From: Trueperaceae bacterium
GTDB taxonomy: Bacteria > Deinococcota > Deinococci > Deinococcales > Trueperaceae
Direction: 5' to 3'
Assembly: GCA_965214405.1 (NCBI GenBank)
Contig: OZ243956.1
Coordinates: 3,936,001-4,000,000, forward strand
Length of the DNA stretch: 64,000 bases
The translations under genes and the position numbers were made by a program. The notes below the pieces were generated by a model. That model was not told the DNA's origin and searched no databases. It was given only the letters and a program-made list of their open reading frames with translations. Of the stretch, positions 20,428 to 28,335 are shown piece after piece; the stretch's first letter is position 1, and each line of letters begins with the position of its first letter.

Positions 20428-20781
20428 GTGGCGCAAAAACATTCACGCTTAACACCGAACGGGCGCTATATTTGGTTTACAGAGAGGCTTTGGCAGCTTG
20501 CTAAACCTTTGCCTGTCAAATCCGTCTCTATCGAGAGCATCGCTGAGTTTGACCAAAATTGTTGGTTTGACGCACACGACCTGCCGACTTGCAGGGCCGT
20601 TGCGGCTCACGCTAAACGAATTTATGAGGCTGACTTATCGCACCCCATTATCTTGTCAGCCGAAGGTTTTTTGATGGACGGCGGCCACCGGCTAGGAAAA
20701 GCGTGGTTGCTTGGCTTGAAAAAGATTGACGCGGTTCAATTTGAAGTTGACCCAGAACCCGATGAAGTGCGAGTAAAGTAA
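20428..20781 (+). CDS. Small protein with ParB/Srx-like motif
   Basis: ADLSHPIIL..MDGGHRL. Confidence 0.6.
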   Translation: MAQKHSRLTPNGRYIWFTERLWQLAKPLPVKSVSIESIAEFDQNCWFDAHDLPTCRAVAAHAKRIYEADLSHPIILSAEGFLMDGGHRLGKAWLLGLKKIDAVQFEVDPEPDEVRVK

Positions 20782-20829
20782 TAGTTTCGTGATGAAGCTG
20801 CCCCTTTTTCTGTTTTCACCCCGTAACGT

Positions 20830-21462
20830 GTGAAGGTCTCTCAGCCTGGGTGGAGCTTAGAAAACCTCCTCTGGACGCTCGGTTATTCTCCCGTGGCGGG
20901 CGTAGACGAGGCGGGCCGGGGCGCGCTGGCTGGACCCGTCGTGGCGGCGGCGGTCGTGCTGCCTTACCGCTTTGATTATCCTTTCCGTGATTCCAAAACG
21001 CTTTCGGCGGCGCAGCGTGAACGTTTGGCGGATGAGGTTAAAGCGGTGGCGCTCGAGTGGGCCGTCGGCACAGCGAGTGCGGAGGAGGTGGACGCGCTCA
21101 ACGTTTTACAAGCCACGCACCTCGCGGCGGCTCGAGCGCTCGCTGCTCTCTCTACATTCGGCACGGAACCGCAGGCGCTCGTGACGGACTTCTTAAAGCT
21201 TTCCTTCGGAACGCCCCCGAAACCCGTGCTGGCCGTACCCAGAGGCGAAAGCCATTCTTACGGCGTGGCCGCGGCAAGTTTGTTAGCGAAAACGGCGCGT
21301 GACGCACTTATGCGGGAGCTTAGTGAAGAGTTTCCGGGTTACGGTTTCGCGCGTCACAAGGGCTACGGCTCCCCCGAACACCTGCGCGCGCTCCAGAAGC
21401 TCGGTCCCTGTCCCGCTCACCGCCTCAGCTTTCGCCCGGTAGCGCAGGCGCGGCTCTTTTAA
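20830..21462 (+). CDS. rnhB: Ribonuclease HII
   Basis: GVDEAGRGALAGPV, DSK, AASLLAK, HKGY. Confidence 0.96.
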   Translation: MKVSQPGWSLENLLWTLGYSPVAGVDEAGRGALAGPVVAAAVVLPYRFDYPFRDSKTLSAAQRERLADEVKAVALEWAVGTASAEEVDALNVLQATHLAAARALAALSTFGTEPQALVTDFLKLSFGTPPKPVLAVPRGESHSYGVAAASLLAKTARDALMRELSEEFPGYGFARHKGYGSPEHLRALQKLGPCPAHRLSFRPVAQARLF

Positions 21463-21699
21463 CATCACCTTTTTGAGCCTACTTCGTCGATCGGTGTGCT
21501 CAAGAAGGCGTCTGTAAAATCTCACCATCCGTCAGCCCGTCTCCTGCGGATAAGGTGAGCTTTATGACACTCGGTATACTGAGAGGCATGACGACTAACG
21601 TTCAAACCGTGTGTTACGCGCGTCCTGGCAGAACCAGCGACCGCGGTAAGAGAAAAAAATCTCTACTTTTTACACACGTCTCCTCGAGGAGGCACTAGC

Positions 21700-22497
21700 A
21701 TGGCCCCATGCGTCGGCGTCCGATTTGACAACGGACCCAAAATTCATTATGTAGAAGCGCCGCCCGAAGCGCCGCCCGTGGGCGTGCGCTGCGTGGTGAG
21801 CACGCGGCGGGGGCTCGAGCTGGGCCTCGTGCGCGCGTCGCTGCGCGAACACGCGCGTCCGAGCGGGCACTACGTCCGCGAGGCGACGCCTGAGGATTTG
21901 GGCCGCTTCGACGGGCTCAAGGCTCGAGCCGAAGAACTCAAGTGGCTCCTCAAGGCGCGGGCGAGGGAAGAAGGGGGCGACACGAAGATTGTGGCGCTCG
22001 AGTTCACCCTCGACGAGTCGCTTTTGGTCGTGAGTTACAGCGCTGAAGCGTCCGCGCCGCTCCGCGCGCTGGCCCAAGAACTCGCCCACCACACGGGCGC
22101 GCGCATCGAGTTCGACAACGTGGGGCCGCGCGACCAGGCGCGGATGCTCGGCACGCTGGGGGCCTGCGGGACGGGCTCGTGCTCGTCAACCTGGCTGCAA
22201 AGCTTTAACGCGGTGGGCATCCGCATGGCGCGCGACCAGCAGTTGCCCCTAAACCCCGAGAAAATCAGCGGCCCCTGCGGTCGGCTCATGTGCTGCTTGC
22301 AGTTCGAGCACGAGATGTACACCGACCTCCTCAAAGAGATGCCCAAAAAGGGCTCCCGCGCCTGCCATACGAGCGGCACCTGTGGCCGCGTCGTTAAGCT
22401 CCATCCGCTCAAGGGCACCGTCGAGCTATCGACTGACGAGGGCAAGTTGGAGGAGTATCCCGCTGCCGAGGTGGCGCGGCAGGGGCGGCGGGGATAG
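21700..22497 (+). CDS. PSP1/RicT(YaaT)-family Fe-S protein
   Basis: RDQARMLG.LGACG, MARDQQLPLNPEKISGPCGRLMCCL. Confidence 0.9.
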   Translation: MAPCVGVRFDNGPKIHYVEAPPEAPPVGVRCVVSTRRGLELGLVRASLREHARPSGHYVREATPEDLGRFDGLKARAEELKWLLKARAREEGGDTKIVALEFTLDESLLVVSYSAEASAPLRALAQELAHHTGARIEFDNVGPRDQARMLGTLGACGTGSCSSTWLQSFNAVGIRMARDQQLPLNPEKISGPCGRLMCCLQFEHEMYTDLLKEMPKKGSRACHTSGTCGRVVKLHPLKGTVELSTDEGKLEEYPAAEVARQGRRG

Positions 22498-22570
22498 GAG
22501 AATTCTCCCCACCTCCTCCGCTCCCCCTATCTGCACTTTACGCCGAGAAGCCGCCTGGCTCAGACTAAAG

Positions 22571-23536
22571 TTAATCGCGCAAAGCCGCGCGCAGCTCGAG
22601 CGTCAGCACGCTTAGCGCGATTCCCGGCGAGGCGTAGGCTTCTAAAGCTTCCTCGCAGCGGGTCACGCTTTTAAGGGCGCGCGCGTAGTGGTGGGGCGCG
22701 CTTTCGCTGAGGCGCGCGCGCAGGAGGTCGGCCACGTCGACATCCGTGGCGCTCGACCAAAGTTTCTCAAGGGCGTCGGCGGCCTCAAGCGCGTTCTCCA
22801 GACCTTTAGAAAGCGCGGACACGTAGGCGTCAACGCAGTCTAAAGCCGCTTTGAACGCGTCCGGTTGCTCCGCTGCCGCGAGCAGGTCGCCCGCGCGGCC
22901 CAGCCTGGCGGCGGGATGCGCCGTTTGCAGGGTGACGGGCACCTGAGAGGGGTCCACCGTGCCCAGCCGGATGGGCGTGCTCCTCGAGGCAATCGTCGGC
23001 AGCACCGCCCCCGGACTCGGCGCGATGAGGATGACCACGGCGTAACTTGGGGGCTCCTCCAAAAGTTTCAAAAAAGCGTTCGCCGCGCTCTCGCCGAGTT
23101 TTTCGGCCTGGTCGATGACGCCGACGCGTTTGTGAAAGCGGGGGCGGAGCTCGAGCCAGCGGCTTAGCGGCTCCTCCTCGCCGCCGGGCCGGGGCACGAG
23201 TTGGTCGATGTGGATTTCGGGTCGGCGGCTCACGCGTCCGGTTTTGGTGGTGGCGTCGGGCGCGACTTCGCGGTAGTCGGGGTGATTGCCCTCCCTAAAA
23301 GCAAGACAACTGGGGCAGCGTCCGCAGGGTTCGGTAGGAGTTCCCGCCCCTTTCACGGGGCTCAGGCAGTTGAGCAGCGCCGCGTACCAGCGGGCGAGCC
23401 CCCGCCGCCCCACGCGCTCGGGGCCGGTAAAAAGGAGTGTGTGGGCGCGTAAACCGCGCAACGTGTGTTTTGCCTCTTCGTGACCGTAGAGTTCACCGTA
23501 TTCGCCGTCAATGTTTCTTTGAGGTGCGGGCTGCAT
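22571..23536 (-). CDS. holB: DNA polymerase III delta' subunit
   Basis: LFTGPERVG, Zn CxxC, HPD, AANAFLKLLEEP, LPTIASR. Confidence 0.9.
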   Translation of the reverse strand: MQPAPQRNIDGEYGELYGHEEAKHTLRGLRAHTLLFTGPERVGRRGLARWYAALLNCLSPVKGAGTPTEPCGRCPSCLAFREGNHPDYREVAPDATTKTGRVSRRPEIHIDQLVPRPGGEEEPLSRWLELRPRFHKRVGVIDQAEKLGESAANAFLKLLEEPPSYAVVILIAPSPGAVLPTIASRSTPIRLGTVDPSQVPVTLQTAHPAARLGRAGDLLAAAEQPDAFKAALDCVDAYVSALSKGLENALEAADALEKLWSSATDVDVADLLRARLSESAPHHYARALKSVTRCEEALEAYASPGIALSVLTLELRAALRD

Positions 23537-23538
23537 CG

Positions 23539-24300
23539 TTAGCGACCCGCGCTCAGCCGCGTGGCTAACGCCTCGGGATAGCCGTGCGAACGCACCGCCT
23601 GCTGCACCCTCTCGATGTCAAAGGCGACCCGGTAGAGTTCTAAAACCCGCGCCTCCTCGTCAAACACCGCGTAGGACGCGAGCGGCACCCCGTCGCGCGG
23701 CTGGCCGACCGAGCCGGGGTTGAAAAAAACGCGCGCCTTGGGGGGCAGACGGTAGACGGCGCGCTCGCCACGAAAGGGGAGCGCGCGCCAGACCTCGTGG
23801 CCCGGCGCGCCCGCGCCCGCGTACGCCACCGGGATGTGCGTGTGACCTACTAAACAGAGGTCGCGCTCCAGAAAGGGAAAATTCGCCTGGGCGGCGTTGA
23901 GGCTCGAGAGATACTCCCAAGGCTCACGCAGCGCCCCGTGCGTCGCCTCCCAATTCTCTCTAAGCACCCGCTTTTGAAAGCCCCGGATAAACGTTATATT
24001 CTCGGGCGAGAGCGCGCGCGCGTGTTTGGCGACGATGTCGGCGACGAGCCCGCCCTCGCGGGGCCTGCCGCCACTAGGTGCGTCCAGGAGCGAGAGAAGC
24101 AGCGCGTCGTGGTTGCCGAGAATCGCCACCTCCGGCTCCAAGTCGCGGAGCAGCGTGGTGGTCCGTTCGACTTCCGGGTAGTAGCCGACCACGTCGCCGA
24201 GAAAAATCACGCGGTCCCAGCGCGCGCTTTCTCCGTGGCGCAGCACCGCTTCTAGGGCGACGTCGTTGGCGTGAATGTCACTCAGCACGAGGTAACGCAT
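23539..24300 (-). CDS. Metallophosphoesterase
   Basis: SDIHAN, GDVVGY, GNHD, GHTH, NPGSVGQPRD. Confidence 0.93.
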   Translation of the reverse strand: MRYLVLSDIHANDVALEAVLRHGESARWDRVIFLGDVVGYYPEVERTTTLLRDLEPEVAILGNHDALLLSLLDAPSGGRPREGGLVADIVAKHARALSPENITFIRGFQKRVLRENWEATHGALREPWEYLSSLNAAQANFPFLERDLCLVGHTHIPVAYAGAGAPGHEVWRALPFRGERAVYRLPPKARVFFNPGSVGQPRDGVPLASYAVFDEEARVLELYRVAFDIERVQQAVRSHGYPEALATRLSAGR

Positions 24301-24597
24301 AACCTCGCTCACGATAGCATCCGAGCTTCTTTCGCTGGGTCCACACGGGGACGCTTCTTTGAGATTCAGCCTACGTATAAACCACGTATAGACCACGCAT
24401 TACTTTCGTTCACGTTAAGCAGAGCTGCGTGAGCTGAGACAGGGGGTGGAGGAGACAGGGTGGTGAGGAGTTCTAAAGCTTGTGTTCTACTTTCCTCCAC
24501 GCGCTACCCGCCTCTCAACTCCTTCCACCCTTCACCAAACACCAACCATGACCCGAATCATAAAACCGCCTCATCCTTTCCCGATATACTGCCCCTA

Positions 24598-25746
24598 ATG
24601 CTTTGGCCTCAACGTGCGGGAACGTCTACAGTTCGGCTCTTTTTGGGTTGCGTTTTACTGTCTCTCCTTTCTCTTGCCCCCGCCCAGGTGGTGGTGCCCA
24701 ATTTTGGAACGCGCGGCGAGGTGCCCGACGCGCTGCGCGAAAGGTTTATGAGCACGTTTAGGGAGCGTTTGGCGGCGCAGACGGGGTTGCCGGTCGCGCC
24801 CGGCGAACTCGTGCCGCCGGGCATCGCGGCCTCGCTCGACGCGGACTACGCGCCCTATATCGCGGAGCTTGGCGAGGGGCGCTACGGCGTCTCGGGCGAA
24901 ATCGTGGGTCCCGACGCGGGCCGGGGGCGCGGCCCGGACTATTCGGTAAGCATTTTGGTGGGTAATAGAGAAACGGGAGAGGTTTCCGACCTCATCAGTC
25001 AGCCGCTCGTCGCGGGCGAGGTCGAGAACGCGGTGGAGCCGCTTGTGGAGGCGGTGGTGGGGTTTTTGAGCCCAGCCAGCATGTTGCCGCCGGGTTCGGC
25101 GAGTCTCTTTCTTTCTTCCAAACCCTCAGACGCCGAAGTGTTCGTCAACAGCGTCCGGGTGGGCCTTACGGGCACCCTCGAGCCGCTCGCGCTCGCGCCG
25201 GGCACCTACGAGGTTGAGTTCCGCAAAGAAGGGTTTTTGCCCTACACCGAGCGCGTCGTTTTACAGGCCGACAGAACGGAATTCGTCGACACGCTCCTCT
25301 CGCCCATTAGCGGCGGGAGCATCCAGATTACGAGCAACCCGCCCGCGCAGGTTTATTTAGAGGGCGTCAAGATGGGCGACCGGACCCCCCTGGCCTTTCG
25401 CGCCTCGCCGGGGCTGCGCGAACTCAGGCTCTCGCGCCCCGGTTTCGTTTCTCAGACCATCTCGGTACCCGTGCGTAACTTTCGGGTGAGCCGGGTGCCG
25501 CCGGTCACGCTCGAGCCTTTGTCCGAACAGCTTCTTTTCTGGGACCCGCCGCAGACTTATCTCGTCTTCATCGACGGTCTATTACGACCCGACGGCTACG
25601 TGTCAAACCTCGTGCCGGGGCGGCATCTGGTCGAGCTGCGCCGTACCCGCAACCGCAACACCCGCTTTATCGTCGACGTACCCGCGGCGGGCCATTTCGA
25701 GCTCGATATGGAGGGGCAGCGCCTCGTGCCTTTCGGCGCTGAATAG
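24598..25746 (+). CDS. Secreted PEGA-domain protein
   Basis: Signal peptide; SKPSDAEVFVN and SNPPAQVYLEG PEGA repeats; TATACT before ATG. Confidence 0.82.
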   Translation: MLWPQRAGTSTVRLFLGCVLLSLLSLAPAQVVVPNFGTRGEVPDALRERFMSTFRERLAAQTGLPVAPGELVPPGIAASLDADYAPYIAELGEGRYGVSGEIVGPDAGRGRGPDYSVSILVGNRETGEVSDLISQPLVAGEVENAVEPLVEAVVGFLSPASMLPPGSASLFLSSKPSDAEVFVNSVRVGLTGTLEPLALAPGTYEVEFRKEGFLPYTERVVLQADRTEFVDTLLSPISGGSIQITSNPPAQVYLEGVKMGDRTPLAFRASPGLRELRLSRPGFVSQTISVPVRNFRVSRVPPVTLEPLSEQLLFWDPPQTYLVFIDGLLRPDGYVSNLVPGRHLVELRRTRNRNTRFIVDVPAAGHFELDMEGQRLVPFGAE

Positions 25747-25777
25747 CGAGGTAAGGAGCAGGGGGGTATGACGGTTG

Positions 25778-26797
25778 CTAAAGCGCGTCGCCCCAATCCG
25801 CACGGCGCGCCGCCTTGTAAAGAGCACCCTCACGCTTGCTGATGGGCCGCTGGGCCGCTGTACCGTCTTGCTGGCACAGCTTCAAAGTGACGAGCCCGCT
25901 GCGGGCGCGGGGCGAGGCCAGAACGCGCGCTTCGGGCGTCCTGCCGGGCTGACGCGAGGCGGCGAGGTAGATGTACTTTTCATCCTCCCAGCCCACCTCG
26001 GCCCTTTTGGCCTGACGGTGCGCTCTTGAACGTGCCACGCGCTGCGAAAAGTGGCACCAGTCGGGCGGCGAGAGCGGGCAGCGCGCCGCGTGCGGACAAG
26101 GGGCGAGGAGGTGCGCGCCCGCGGTGATGAGGCGGGCTCGAGCCTCCAATATACGCGTCCAGCCCGCGGGTGTACCCGGCTCGACTAAGAGAAGCGTGTC
26201 GGCGGTGAGCGCCCATAAATCGTCCACCAGGCGAGCGCGCGTTTCGGGCGCGAGTTCGTTGAGCATGTAAGCCGCAGTCACGAGGTCACGCGGACCGGTG
26301 TTGGCTGTGGTGTCGGCTGTGGTGTCGGCCGTGGTGTTAGTTGTGGTGTCAGTTGTGGTGCCCGCCAATCCTGAAGTCGCGTCGGTGGTTTCCCAGACGA
26401 CCCTCAGGGGTAGTTGCGCCGTGACCCGCTCGCCCCAGGCGCGGATGGCGGGGCTGGCCTCTATGAGCCGCGCGTCTTCCAGACCCGGCCAACGCTCGGC
26501 GGCGGCCAGAAGCGCCGAACCGGGACCGGCACCGACGTCGAGCAGCGTGCGGGGCGCAAAGTCGGGCCTGACTCCTGAGAGCGCCGCCATGCACGCCGCT
26601 ATCGCCGCGTACGTGGCCGGGAGCCGCGTGACGAGGTAGGCGCGGGCGGCCAGGTCGTGGGAGAGGTGAAAGCGTCCGTCTCGCACCTCGGCCCGGTAGC
26701 GCTGTGAGAGCCCCTCGGCTGCTTCCGCGAGGTCGGCAAGGGACACGCCCTCGAGCACACGGTCGCTCACGTCGCGCAGGGCTGGCGGCAGGTCCAT
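25778..26797 (-). CDS. Rsm22-family SAM methyltransferase
   Basis: LDVGAGPG, VEPGTPAG, APCPH..CP..DWCHFSQR. Confidence 0.9.
   Translation of the reverse strand: MDLPPALRDVSDRVLEGVSLADLAEAAEGLSQRYRAEVRDGRFHLSHDLAARAYLVTRLPATYAAIAACMAALSGVRPDFAPRTLLDVGAGPGSALLAAAERWPGLEDARLIEASPAIRAWGERVTAQLPLRVVWETTDATSGLAGTTTDTTTNTTADTTADTTANTGPRDLVTAAYMLNELAPETRARLVDDLWALTADTLLLVEPGTPAGWTRILEARARLITAGAHLLAPCPHAARCPLSPPDWCHFSQRVARSRAHRQAKRAEVGWEDEKYIYLAASRQPGRTPEARVLASPRARSGLVTLKLCQQDGTAAQRPISKREGALYKAARRADWGDAL
26298..26360 (-). repeat. Degenerate 12-bp in-frame repeat (TTTD/TTAD) in Rsm22
   Basis: GTGGTGTCGGCT-type units x5. Confidence 0.75.
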
Positions 26798-26868
26798 AGG
26801 GGCAGCATACTCGCTTCTTTCACCCTTTTGGTGACGCGTAAAGACGATGGGCAACTCAGAAAGTGGGC

Positions 26869-28002
26869 TTAAAAAGGCACATCATAAAAAGCATGAATGA
26901 CAAAACGGGGCGCGGGATAGGACGCGGGTGCGCCCGCCGCGCCCAGGAGGCGCAGGTTAAGAGTTCCCGGACCTGCGGCGCTTTGCAAGGACGCCTCGAG
27001 GCGATAGGGGGGCGCGTCCGTCCGGTAGGGTTCGGCGGCGAGCGCCAGGCCGTAACGCAGCGTAGCATTAAGCTCGTTTTGCACGCCCTCCACTCGCGCC
27101 CCCGGCCCCACCCCGCGACTCCCGGCCCCCAGCCACAGCGAACCGCGCAGAAGCGGGCCGGTCGGAGGGTTGTAACGGTACTCGAAACCCGCCGCGCCGT
27201 AGGAACCGCCGAGTCCGGCCTCCGCGCCCGCGTTAAGAAGCGTCGCCACGCGCACCGCGCCGTCGTCGCGCCCCCGCAACCGCCGCACCTGCACCGCGCC
27301 CTGTAGCCCGACGCCGACGCCCCCGCGCACGTAAAGAAGGCTCGGGTCGAGCTCCAGAACGGTTCTCCGGTTTAGACGGTAGCTCGCGCCGAGGTGGCCG
27401 AACACGCCCCACGACGGTGACGCCCCCGCCACAGGAGGCCGACTCAAGCCGGAGATAGCGCCGAAAGCACCGTAACCGTCTACCACAGCGTCACCATGAC
27501 CTACCTCATAACCAAGCGCGTTTAGCGCCCCGAAGCGGCCTGGGTTCACGTTGAAAACGCTCAGGCCGAAGCGCGCCGCGACCGAGGCGACCGCGCCGTC
27601 TCCCGCGACGGTTCCTTCAAAAGCCCCCGTCGTGTCGAGTTGAAGGATTCCTCGCAGTGCAACGGTGCCGACAGGGCCAAAAGATGTTTTGGAGCCCACG
27701 CCCAAGCCAAACTCGAGCGCCCCAGTTCGCCCCCGCGCCGCCCGCAGCTCGAGCCCCAGCCTCCCCGCGCTGAGGTCGCGCACGACGAGACTCGGTTCTA
27801 AGCCGAACGCGCCGCCCGACCCTGTAAACCCCACGCGCAGCGTTTGTGCGGCTCCGACAGGGAGGAGCGCGAGTAGCGTTGTAAGAATCAAGTAATAAAA
27901 GCTTATCCTAGTGCCGGACTGGCGAGAGGCTCGAGCGCCACGTGTCAAGAATTTTTGAGAAGAGCACACGCTGCCTAGCATACGACGTTTACCCTGCGAC
28001 AT
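26869..28002 (-). CDS. Secreted protein, probable outer-membrane beta-barrel (true start probably ~27900-27980)
   Basis: Signal-like LLALLPVGAAQ, alternating hydrophobic strands, C-terminal YDVPF. Confidence 0.6.
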   Translation of the reverse strand: MSQGKRRMLGSVCSSQKFLTRGARASRQSGTRISFYYLILTTLLALLPVGAAQTLRVGFTGSGGAFGLEPSLVVRDLSAGRLGLELRAARGRTGALEFGLGVGSKTSFGPVGTVALRGILQLDTTGAFEGTVAGDGAVASVAARFGLSVFNVNPGRFGALNALGYEVGHGDAVVDGYGAFGAISGLSRPPVAGASPSWGVFGHLGASYRLNRRTVLELDPSLLYVRGGVGVGLQGAVQVRRLRGRDDGAVRVATLLNAGAEAGLGGSYGAAGFEYRYNPPTGPLLRGSLWLGAGSRGVGPGARVEGVQNELNATLRYGLALAAEPYRTDAPPYRLEASLQSAAGPGTLNLRLLGAAGAPASYPAPRFVIHAFYDVPF

Positions 28003-28136
28003 CCCCGTGAAGCTGAGTGAGATTCGCTCGAGCGGAGGTAAAATTTCTTATCCCGGCGCGTCCGGCAGGTGTTACACTCGACATTGGTGTATGAGTCGGC
28101 GGCACTCCTTTTCAGCCAAAAGAGGCTCGAGAAGCC

Positions 28137-28226
28137 GTGTCATGAGAAACAGCGTTATAGAAACCGGTGCCGTAAAAACCGGCGTCATAAAAAAGGGTGT
28201 CATAGAAACTCGTGTAAGAACAGCCT
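28137..28226 (+). repeat. Six degenerate 15-bp tandem repeats upstream of glgP
   Basis: GTGTCATGAGAAACA/GCGTTATAGAAACCG/GTGCCGTAAAAACCG/GCGTCATAAAAAAGG/GTGTCATAGAAACTC/GTGTAAGAACAGCCT. Confidence 0.7.
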
Positions 28227-28335
28227 GAAAGGTGGGTGCGACCGCCTCTAGCCTAGCACCCCCGCAAGAAACCCGTAACCTACCCCATGTCAATTTACCT
28301 ATTAGTCTAACCATGCCAATTTACAGGAGCCTCTT

